From: Paramecium tetraurelia
Taxonomy: Eukaryota
Assembly (NCBI GenBank): GCA_000165425.1
Contig: CT868020.1
Span: 186,001 to 250,000, forward strand
Direction: 5' to 3'
DNA: 64,000 nt
In this document: one piece after another, positions 53,122 to 64,000 of the stretch
Numbering within the stretch: the first letter of the stretch is position 1
Layout: every line of letters begins with the position of its first letter
Program-made: the position numbers and the translations under genes
Notes under the pieces: generated by a model
What the model saw: only the letters and a program-made list of their open reading frames with translations
The model's database searches: none
Told to the model about the DNA's origin: nothing

Positions 53122-53282
53122 TTCTTTTTTGATTTAAAAATAATAATAAATTAATTATTCACATTCATAGCCAGTTATTTTATATTAGAGTTCACATACA
53201 AACTCTTTAATCCCATTATATTCTTCCTTCCCTCATTCCTTTTTTCTTATATTAATATTTTCTAATTAATCGTTAAATTTGA

Positions 53283-55161
53283 ATGGAAAATAATGAATAG
53301 GAAGACTACATTTAACTTAAGAAAAATGTAATAGCATTATATCTAACCATTAGTATGCTTTGAGAGAGAATGAATGGAAAAAGGATAAAGCCTTGTATGA
53401 ATAAAAAATATAATTGTTGGAAATTCAATTGGAGGATTATAGAACCAGGGAAATGAATTAAAAGAAATTGAATGATACAATAACTTAGGCTATAGATATT
53501 TCAGGAAAAACATAAGTATGATTCTAATTCTAATTTATCAAGCAAAAAAGCTATACAGAATTTCAAAAATCTATTGAAGTCTAAATGGCGAATAATAAAA
53601 AGCACCAAGATAGCATATCGAAATTGGAAGAAAAAGTAATATATAATCATAAGTTTTAGCTTAGATGTTTGAATGAATAGTTAAATGAAAAGGAAATTTA
53701 AATTAAGGATCTTGAACTTTAGCAGCAGAAATAATAAATTACATATGATCACAAAATATAGAGCTTAGAATCTGAGAAATAGTATTTAAACTAAGAAATT
53801 TCTAAATACAAAGATTAAATATAAAAAAATGAGGAAAATTCTAAGTCAAAAGAGCAAGTTTTAAAGTTACAATGCGAATAAGAAATTCAAAAAATTAAGG
53901 ATAACTTTTTTAAAGACATGCAAGAAAAACAATCAGATTATGATTAAAGGTATTAGCAACTAGCACAATTATACGAAAAGGAAAAAGAACAATTGTAATA
54001 AAGATTAATTCGAAGTTAAAATACTATTAAAAAATATTAAACTCATATTGAATCCAATCAGGAAGTACAACAATTACAATAAAAATATGATGAATAAATT
54101 GCTGCTTTAAAATAAGAAATGCATGAACAATAAGTTCAATTTCAATATGAAAAGAAAATGTTAAATAAATAAGTTGATGATCAGAGGATGTATATATTTC
54201 ACATATATTTTAGAAATACTAACAATTATGATAGTACCTCAAAGAAAAAAAGCTAAGACATGATCAAAATTAGAAATTCTATAGCTTCATAAGAAAGTCC
54301 GGTGCAGTGCAAAAGCTTTCATATATCCCAGCCTGATTTTAAATAAGTTCTCTAATAACCAAAGAATTCAATATCTTCTATTTAAAAGTAATCCCTGTAA
54401 CCTCCAAAAAACAATCAATCATTTGAAAAAATCAAGGCTAACAACCATGATACTCTCCCTATGCCTATTGAAGACTTTAATCTTATGATGAGTAAAAAGG
54501 CGAAATCTTAATCAACAAATTCTCTTCCTTCAAACAATTTCAATCTTAATTCTTATCTTCAAGATGCTAGTATAATGAAAGAGGAAACAGAAACTGGAGA
54601 TGAGTTTATAAGATTTAAGATATCGAACTAATAAACAACTAGGTTTAATAATGAAGTTGATCAAAGACGATCATATTCTCAATAAGGGACTAAAACACAC
54701 AGCATAAATTCTGCGACAAATTTAAGTAAAATGTTAGGGTAGACAGATTAAAGTTATTAAAATTAAACTACTTCTATCTCTACTTAATAAAAAACTCATA
54801 ACACTTCATTTTCCCATTTTAAGGTTCCTTCCTTTACATAAGGTTAGTTAAACAATCTAAAATATAGTTTGTATTAGCAATAGCCTTAAACAACTTTGAG
54901 GATGAATGATAATCACATCAATTATATCTAGCAAATTAAGGCGCGATATATAAATTAAGATGAAACTAGTTAGAATGATTCTACTGCAATTAAATATGTA
55001 AATGAAATTGGTATTAATAGAATAAAGAGAACTAGTAGCCATCAAAAAGCATGCATATAAACAATGAGATTAAATTCTTGATTGGTAAACTGCTTCAGGC
55101 GAAAGGAAAATTAACAACTGAATTGGAAAATACTCAAAAATCTTGTAGATATAAGACTTGA
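53283..55161 (+). CDS. Long coiled-coil protein
   Basis: ATG 53283; ENEWKKDKALYEQKIQLLE heptads, Ser/Gln-rich middle, C-terminal NEIKFLIGKLLQAKGKL; several tiny introns. Confidence 0.8.
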
Positions 55162-55255
55162 ATTTTTATATTCATATTTTTGGAGAAACTATTTCATTTT
55201 ATCTCAATATCAATTAAAAATTTATCAAAATATTAACATAATTACAATAATAATT

Positions 55256-55892
55256 ATGCCTGAAGGAATTTACATTTCTATTCTGCTACCAGCATTTCAA
55301 GTGAAACATGAAAATTAGATTGTAAAATATTCAATAAAGCAATAAGGATAAATACTTAAAATAAACATTATGTATATCATCTTAATCTTATGAATTATTT
55401 GAAATTCCATCTAAAATTGGCAAAGAGTTTTGTGTTAGATTGATCTAAAATTGTAAGATTAATTGGATCATCATAAGCTTTTAATTTGCAGGACTTAGAA
55501 AAGTTAATGGAAGATAATCGGTCCCTTCAGGCATCATATTAAAAATGTAAAGAGTCTTTATAGGCACTTAATTCTGAACTTGAAAAAATAATGAATGATC
55601 CCTAAGCTTTATTAGAGACAGACAAAATTAAGCACCAAAAACTAATGACAAAATATAAGCAAATCAATGATGAAAATAAAAGACTTAGATAGCATTTAAA
55701 GTACATATGCTTGTGAATTAGATAATTGAACGAAGACTTTTGTAAGCAAAGAGTAGAAACGCAATCTATTTTTGATTCACTTCGAGAAGAAATTGATTTA
55801 TTAGTAAAGGTAATAAAATAATTTTTAAGTAAAAGGAACTGGCTCCATTTTAATCATAGAAGAAGCAAAATGATATTTTAATATCTAATTGA
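55256..55892 (+). CDS. Small coiled-coil protein
   Basis: ATG 55256; four tiny GT-AG introns restore a continuous frame; TGA 55890-55892. Confidence 0.7.
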
Positions 55893-56271
55893 TTTATATT
55901 ATGATTATCTTAATTACATACTAGGAGTTAAATATTTTTTTATTTATATCATAATGTTATAATAATATCAAGCATTCATATAATTTTACAGATAGATGTA
56001 AATCTCATAAATTTATAACACAATCTTTCATCATCTTTTACTTTTTGCCTAGCGACATTAGATTGCATTTTCGGTTGAAATAAATATTGTTTACTTAATT
56101 AAATGTAAAATAATAAAAATAATGTTTAAGTATAGGATGCAATTAATTTTATTGAAATAATGAATGAGATGAAAATCTTAAATATACTTTTGGAATTTTT
56201 AAAGAGATGAAGATAAAAAGAGATATTTAACATTAAAGATGAAATTGGATTTGATAGTCTTTTTTTATTAA

Positions 56272-56991
56272 TCATTTTAAATTTGTTATTTCAGATGTAA
56301 GATTAAATTCTCCTTTTAATAATTTTTCCCTGAATTCTGAATCTCTATCAATCATTCTTACGATGCATTTTACTTTATCCATATAAATCAGGACAGAATG
56401 TTTATACAGATCATAAATCGTTTATTCAATTTTTTTAGACTATTCTATATGTTCATTTTTAGTCTGCAAGCAAAAATATTTTTTTAATCCTTCAATTGCT
56501 TTTTTCCTTTTGTCTTCTTGCACTTATTCACTTGAAGCATTTTGATTTTCTCTATAATTAGATTTTGTATTATTTGAGTTCTTTGCTTATGCAACAGTAG
56601 TTTCCTATTTTTAATCATCAGTTTTAAATTTTTTTTGAATAAATGGCTCATTATTTTTGGATGGTTTTTATTTTTATTGACTTTATTTACAATCTTCATT
56701 GGCTTCATTATTTGTACTTACATCATTAGAAATAATGACCGATTTCCATTATTTGACTAATTTACGACATATTTTAATAGCTTTGGAATACTTTTCATCA
56801 TCTTCATCAGTATATTTCTTTTATCCAATTCTAACAAAACTTTTAGTGATTTAGCTTTCAATCACAGATTATAATTCATATTAACCTTTATAAACTTAAG
56901 CAATCAATTAGTATGACTTTTGAATAGGAGCTGAAGAGAATTTCTTTAATTCTTGCTTAATTTCAGACAATTATTCTGTATTTAATTTCAT
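56272..56991 (-). CDS. TFIIS-like protein (N-terminal TND plus central domain, no zinc ribbon)
   Basis: Intronless 240-codon frame; ICRKLVKQWK (TND end) and DKRKKAIEGL...KKIEQTIYDLY...YMDKVKCIVRMI...FREKLLKGEF (TFIIS central-domain pattern), then TGA. Confidence 0.7.
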
Positions 56992-57086
56992 TTATTTATT
57001 ATATTATTTCTAGATCAATTATGATGAATATGCAAATCAAAATTGTATTGAATATATTTGAAATATACATCTATATAAAAATAAAC

Positions 57087-58455
57087 TCATTTTTTTTATA
57101 ACTTGATTAGATGAGGTTAATACTACTCTAAAGATTCTTTAATAATGCTTTGACTTCTTGGGTCTAATTTAATCATATTTGCCTTGCTTATTAATGATCT
57201 CAAAATGAATTAATATTATTAATATTAGGGAGATTTTGTTTATTGGAGGGAATAAATCAAAATAGCTTAACTAATATCCATAGCTTTGAACTCATTGCTT
57301 TTTGTTAAATGCAGTCCCAATTTGTTGTAAATATCAGTATCAGTAATGCCTAATCTTTGGATAAATCAAGATAAAGTTTACTTATTCAAATTCCAAATCA
57401 TTATGGAAGCAAACTTTGAGGAAAAAGGCTGATTGGATTTCTCTTGGTTTTTCAACATAATATGTGCTAATTTTTAAGCAAATTCTGGACTTAGCTACAA
57501 TTAACCTAAAGTTCTTAAAAGTAGTAGTAACTGGAGTAGACCTTCATTGGAAAGGTCCTATTCAGCTAGATTTTGGATAACAAGTTTTTGATACTATTTT
57601 AAATTGAAATAAGTACAGCACTGATTTATTTATTTTCTTTGATGTTGAGAGTTGCTTATAAGAGTAGAATTAAAGATCTATTAGTTATTAACTCTTTATT
57701 ATTAAAATTATTTATGGCTAATTTAAATGTGTATATTAATAATGCACTGGAATCTAACTTAATATCTTGAATAGCCCAAATAATGAGAACCAAATCTTTG
57801 AATTTGAATTTAAAGTCTTTAAGCACTCGTTTTTCAGATTGCAAATCCTCCTCCAATTATTGCTCTAAAAAATGTTCATCTTCATCAGATTGATTGATTT
57901 CGTTATCCTCTTGATTTTCTGATTTCAATTATTCCTTGGGAGTTTGTAAATCCTCAGGTTTCTCTGAGACTGGGACTAGAGAATCTAAATTTTATTGTAA
58001 TTGATCAATCAAATGAATTACAAGTTTGGGCTTCTTGATACCATTTTTATGATAACCCCATAATAGAATGGCAATTTGCTTCACTCTGATGCAAGTCAAG
58101 TCATTTCCATATTATTTGATTATTTATTTGTTTCTTCCGATTTTAGCAACTTGCACATCTATCTAATAATAAGATTATCAATTTTACAAAATCTCCATTT
58201 TTCCTGCATAGGCACCTACTTGAATACTTCTGTTAGTTAATCATAGAAGGCAGCATCATCATTGAGATCGAATTTCTTTTTAACTGGACTTGTGTTCATA
58301 TGTTTCAAAGCTTCCAGAAATAGTAATGGAGTAAAATGTTCTTAATTTTTGTGATAGATTTAGTAGATTTCTTTGGGACTACTACAGGTTTTGATGAATC
58401 TGAGAATCTTCTTTTCGGATGAAAAGCACTTAAGAATCCTAGTTGATAAAATCAT
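57087..58455 (-). CDS. Probable mitochondrial helical-repeat (HPR/OPR/FASTK-like) RNA-binding protein
   Basis: Presequence-like MILSTRILKCFSS; repeats KDLVLIIWAI, FASIMIWNLNKLGI, MDISQAILIYS; two tiny introns. Confidence 0.65.
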
Positions 58456-58465
58456 TAATTAAATA

Positions 58466-59186
58466 ATGTTTAAAATTATTCAAAGAGCCTGTTTCAGATA
58501 TTCGGCTGCCAACTTCAAGGCTGAGGCTGAAATCAAATCAGTTCCAGGTATCAACATTAGAGAGTGAATTTAGGACATAAGCCTCCCTCTTTTGAAGATA
58601 CTGTATAAGGAAAGTATGCAGGAGTGTTATTCGCAACAGCATCATAAAAAGAAGCACTTCATTTTGTGTTGTAGGATATGAAATACTTCAAGGAATTGGC
58701 TGACAAGAGTCCAGTATTTGCAGGCTTTTTGGTAAATTCAGCCTACAAGAGAAATCAATAAAGAAATGTGATTCAAGCTCTTACAAAAGTAAATGAGGCT
58801 CATTATGTTTTAGGAAGGATTTCATGAGGTCACTTAGAATTTGCTGAACACTATGATTGATAATCAAAGAATTTCTTATCTAACTAAGACAGCTGATAAA
58901 TTCATTGAATATTATAGAATCTTTAATAAGGAAGAAAATATCACTATTATTTCTGCTGAAAACTTATCAGAAGAGCAAAGGTAAATATAGAGGGATTTAT
59001 TATAGATCACAAGTAATTTAGGCCTTGAAGGAATCAAGTCCCAATATGCAATTCTCAGTTCAATACAAGGTGGATCCATCCATTTTGGGAGGATTACAAA
59101 TGTATTCAGGAAATAAATTCTTGGATTGCTCTTTGTAGTCAAGAGTTAATAAATTGAGGTCAGAATTGTAAAAGTTGAGCATCTGA
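58466..59186 (+). CDS. ATP5O: Mitochondrial ATP synthase OSCP subunit
   Basis: Presequence, QGKYAGVLFATAS, NLLNTMIDNQR, ITIISAENL, KVDPSILGGLQMYSGNKFLDCS; three tiny introns. Confidence 0.93.
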
Positions 59187-59239
59187 TGAAGAATAAGTAT
59201 TAATAATAAATATTATATATATATATATTATAAATATTA

Positions 59240-61004
59240 ATGGACATTCTCAAAGACCCTACCAATGATAGATAGGTGAAGACTCTAAAGCCTCCTCCTC
59301 ATCGACCACTCTCAAAAAATCTGATGTTTCCAGATAAATTGAAAAGTACGCCACAAAATTACATTTTTTAGACAAACCTGATTGGAAATTATTGAAAGAT
59401 CATCTTTAAAAAGAGGGAAGAGTAGCAAAAGAAGAATTATTTAAATTGGTTGCTGATTGCAATAAATTATTGAGTAAAGTGACATATTGATTGTTAGAAA
59501 ATGAGGGAAATGTTCTATATTTGCAAGATCCACTTACTGTTGTTGGTGATATTCATGGGTATGTACCTAAATTTAAATAGATAATTTTATGACTTACTTA
59601 AATTATTGGAACCCAAAGTTGGTGGCAACCCTGAGACAACAAAGTAAAATAATTTTACATTATTAGATATCTCTTTTTGGGAGATTTCGTAGATAGGGGA
59701 TCATATTCAATAGAAGTAGTCATTTTACTTTATGCGATAAAAATTAATTATCCCAATACTGTTTATTTTTTGAGAGGCAATCACGAATGCAGATAACTGA
59801 CAGCATTTTTTAATTTTAAAGATGAATGTACCTATCAATGTTATGATAGGTCTATACAAATATGATTAGGAAACCTACGAGATGTTGATGGATTCCTTTG
59901 ATCTATTTCCATTGGCATGTATAATAAATTCAAAATTTATTGCAATTCATGGCGGAATCTCACCTGATTTAAAATCAGTAAAATTTTGATTAATATTTAG
60001 ATTGAAGACATAAAGAAATTGGACAGATACCACGAACCACCTCGAAGTGGACTCTTTTGTGATTTGCTATGGAGTGATCCAGTAGATCATGATTAAGGAA
60101 ACCTGGATGGATAATGGAAAAGCAACGAGGTTCGTGGATGCAGTTGGTTCTTTGGGATTGATGCAAGCATGAAATTCTTGCAGAGAAACAGTCTCATCAG
60201 TATCATCAGAGCTCATGAAGTAAAGTTCACTCATATTTAAATAGGCACAACTTGATGGATATAAAATGCATCGATGGAATGGTGGCTAAGATTTCCCGGT
60301 TGTGATTACTATTTTCAGTGCCCCCAACTATTGTGACGTTTATAACAATAGAGGTGCAGTGATCAAATTCGAAGTAAGAATCAATTATGAAAATAATAGA
60401 ACAATACTCTAAATATTTAATAATTTTAATATACTCCACATCCATATTTACTTCCCAATTTTATGGACATATTTACTTGGTCGATACCTTTTGTGGCTGA
60501 GAAAATCACTGAAATGCTTTACAATTTAATCTAAGCAGGAGATCAAGGAGATGATGAAGATGATGTTAATTAAGAGGACATTGAACAATTCAAATAATTA
60601 ACTAATCAAAATAAGCAGTTTAATAAATAACAATCAGGAGGATCAACTGGAAAAAGTAATTATTATAAATTATAAATTAAAAGGCACAGAGAAATTGAAA
60701 AATAAACTGAAATTCGTTGCAACCATGATGAAACTCCAAAAGACACTCAGAGAAGAAAGTGAGAGTGTTATGAAATTGAAAGGAGCGTGTCCAGATAAAA
60801 GATTGCCTAAAGGTATACTATCAGCTGGTAAAACAGCTATTACTGATGGTAAAATGTATGATCATTGTAGCCCTTGCTGATTTCAATGTCGCCAAAACTG
60901 CTGATATAGTTAATGAGAAAATGCCAGCTCAAGCATAAATCCCTTAACAATCTATATCAATCAAAAAACCCAGTAATAATACACCTTAGCCCAAGAAAAA
61001 ATGA
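59240..61004 (+). CDS. CNA: Calcineurin catalytic subunit A (PP2B)
   Basis: [44 protein letters not shown] (CnB-binding helix), CaM-binding and autoinhibitory segments; about ten tiny introns. Confidence 0.97.
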
Positions 61005-61292
61005 GAATCCAATCCATATATTCAAATATAGATGTGTAATAATAATAATTATTATTATCATCATCATTTGTTTCATATTTATATAAGATTTAGTCTCCCT
61101 TGATTTATTTATAAGAACAAGGTATGGGATCTACTCTTCCTCTATTTCCCTGCTTGATTTTCGCAAGATCAAAACGAAAACTAATTTAAATTCGATTCTT
61201 AATACAAAGTTTATATTATTTTTCCTAAATATTAGAATGAAAAATAAGTGATACAAAATAGACTAGCTTTAATAATTATTTCAAATATCGAG

Positions 61293-63106
61293 ATGTATAT
61301 TGAGTATGTTTAGAATAATTTCAACCCCTCTGCTTCAGAATTAGAGTTATTGAAATCCTAAGAAATAAAAGAATTATACGAATATATTTAGCAATAAGGA
61401 GGATTTATTAAAGTATCATAGAACACTATTTGTAGTATTATTCGCAACAGTACAATGAATTTCAATCCTATGATAACAATGAAATTCTGCAATTGTTTCA
61501 AAAATACTTATTAAATTATGAATTGAGAACAACAGATGTGGATGGACAATATCTGCACAGATGTGCATATATAGAACTTAATAAAGCAATAAATTGTTTT
61601 ACAGAACCTCCGTAGATGTGGCTATAAGATTAAGTTACTCTATGGTCGTTGCCTAATTATGTATCTGCAGAATTGAACAAAAATCTGTTTACTTTCTAAG
61701 ATTTATCAAAAAATCACAAAAATTTTGAAATTGATATTATAGCTTAGAATCCATTTACTGATACAACATTGGCAGAGGAGGAAAATTATTATTAAACCTT
61801 CAGAATGACATTAAGTTAATATAAAGAATATGCCGAAGATCCAAAATTATTTTTTTAAAACAATCCCCAATATAAAAGTGATAAAGTTTACTAGGCAGTA
61901 AATGTTGATATGGAGGACTGGAAGGAGGAAATCCATAGATTATTTGATTTCTTACCCACCTGCTTCACAAGAAACAACGGATTGAATTATCTAAGGTAGA
62001 ATTGTAAAGGTGCAAATGTGCCAGAAATATACATGAGAGTCTAGAATTGTTGGATAGGGGGATAATAGGATTTTTAAGGTCTGAGTTAAGTTAATATCAA
62101 TCACGGCCCAGGAGATTGTGTTTGGACGATTATTGATGCCAACTATATCGATAAGTTATTTTCTATAACTCCTGATTTATTCAGGAAGGAGGGAAGGTGG
62201 TATGTCAATATTGAGTTTTTCCTCAAAAATCAAATACCTGTTAGACAAGTAATTTAAAAAAAAGGGGATATACTTATAATTGGGGCGGGATGTTTTTTTT
62301 AGGCCAAAAATATTGGAAATTCTATTCACACATCCTTCAATTTCTTAATGGTGGATGAATTTTCTATTCAACAAATTTATAAAAGACAGAATAGGAATGA
62401 TTTCTTTCGGTTTTAGGATGTTATTGCAATCAGAAATTTGTTTTTAGACATTTATATCCATGAGAAGTTAAGTATTTTACAAAACTACTTAAAATATTTT
62501 ATCGATTAAGAATTTCGGCGTTAATTATCAAAAAATAAATTAACTAACTTTGAGTTATTTATATCTTCAAAAGATGTCTTAATTTGTACTAAATGCAATA
62601 AAGAAATCTTTATATTTTTTTAATTCATCAAAGATTGGGTATATTATTGCCCAGATTGCTACGTTGATTATGAAAAAGTAATATACATGAAATACAGCAT
62701 TATCTAATTGAAATATCTCATTTAAGCTGATAACATTTAATGCTCGAAATTGTTGTGCAGTAACTATGTTGGGGAATCGAATTGTGCCTTAAAGTAGATA
62801 ATCTAAGAACAGGTTTAATTATCGGAGGAAGAAGATAATTCATCGATTTTTGAAAGTAGAAAATTCTTGGATGAATTCATTGTTGGGTTAAACATGGAAT
62901 CGTTGAATTCTCATTTATAAAATGGAGTATCTCAACAATAAGATGTTTTAAGTAATGACACTAGGCAAGTTCAAAAAATAACAAAGAAAATCAAGACTAT
63001 CAAATTACAACAGGTAAAAAAGAAGAAGCATAAAAAAAGTGCAAAATATTCAGAACTTTAAGTAATTAAGTACATATAATAAACCAAAAGAAGCATCTTA
63101 AATTGA
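61293..63106 (+). CDS. KDM6 (UTX/JMJD3)-like JmjC protein, predicted catalytically inactive
   Basis: AVNVDM, EIYMRV, VNINHGPGDCVW, QKKGDILIIGAG and a C-terminal CTKC...CPDC zinc motif typical of KDM6; start codon less certain. Confidence 0.85.
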
Positions 63107-63346
63107 TGAATTAAATTATACATATATTATCTATAGCAATGAATCATTTCATGGAAATTATTGAATATTTTATAATTGTACTTATTTATTCAATTATTAT
63201 AATAAAGATTAATTAGCATTTTGCCATTTATACTAAATTTTAATCGAAGTGATTCCAACCGCACTGCATTTACAATCTAGTTTGATAATCAAATAACATA
63301 ATATTAGATGTATTGTTAAATTATCTATTAAACACAAATTATGTAA

Positions 63347-64000
63347 TCAATTTATTCCCCATATTTTTTCAAATACCTTATAATATGTGCTTTTTAAAGA
63401 TTTTGGCTAATATCAATAAGCTTTCTTACATCATGTTGATAATAATAATGTATGATAGCGATAACAAATGAGAAAACAATAACATCTCCATGAGGAATGT
63501 CTATCATTTTTCCCCTGCTTTTTAATAGGTTTATAACTGTTTCGCAAAATCTAGGAACTATACTTAAACAAATTTCCATTGCTCTACAATGAAATTCTAG
63601 AAATACCTAGTATTAGATTCTAGAAGGAGAGCAAATGAACTTATGAATCCACCAGATAATGGAACAAATGGGTCGACCTTTTTGAGGAGATTTTTTTGTT
63701 TGCACCAATTATATCTGAGGATTTGAACCATAAAGGAGAGGAAACAAATGCTTTTAAAATATGAAACAAGAGCTCTGCTTATTGTGGATATAGGACTAAT
63801 GATTCAATAGTATTTATGATACCTCTTCATAACTTGTTTTCGTTTGTACAGCAGAAAAGGAATCAGATGAACTGGTAAATACACTTTTGAATTGGATCTC
63901 ATGATTCTTGGAAGACTATAATAAGGGATTTCGAATTATACTTACTTTGATAAAATGTTTATTTCACAAGATAGTCCAGGATGCACGATTTCACAACTAA
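63347..64000 (-). CDS. TMEM135-like membrane protein (5' part outside the window)
   Basis: RAMEICLSIVPRFCE...HGDVIVFSFVIAIIHYYYQHD resembles the TMEM135 C-terminal region; TGA 63347-63349. Confidence 0.7.

Noticed and set aside
1..64000. CRISPR arrays, prokaryotic operons or defence systems, transposases, tRNA/rRNA genes, retained IESs
   Set aside because: The sequence is intron-containing ciliate DNA. No repeat-spacer arrays, DDE/RT ORFs, cloverleafs or clear TA-bounded insertions were recognised by eye; tRNAscan and Rfam scans would be needed to exclude small RNAs.

Overview
AT-rich, gene-dense eukaryotic DNA with the hallmarks of a Paramecium-type ciliate macronuclear chromosome. TAA and TAG read as Gln, TGA is the only stop, GT-AG introns are about 19-29 nt, and most intergenic spacers are very short. 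The supplied standard-code ORF track is therefore fragmentary, and all gene models were re-read by hand with the ciliate code (table 6). About 35 protein-coding genes are supported, including a Trf4/Cid1-type nucleotidyltransferase, RPL15, RPL34, SWC6, VPS28, CBF5/dyskerin, OSBP, CaMKK and CK1 kinases, a 7.7 kb P-type-ATPase-fused guanylyl cyclase, an ARL8-like GTPase, YIPF6, a GBP GTPase, OSCP and calcineurin A. No rRNA, tRNA, CRISPR array, telomere or transposon was recognised. The most notable signals are a set of intact ORFs that lack their catalytic residues: a bacterial-type 2OG-Fe dioxygenase with both His ligands changed to Asn, a KDM6-like JmjC protein without its iron ligands, a TFIIS-like protein without its zinc ribbon, a calpain without its triad, and two pseudokinase-MORN genes. 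Also notable are two probable mitochondrial genes whose start codons are 10 bp apart, an RRM-polyQ-RRM protein, a possible split GBP locus and an unexplained GC-rich hairpin island. Exon boundaries are manual; family assignments come from motif recognition, not database searches.
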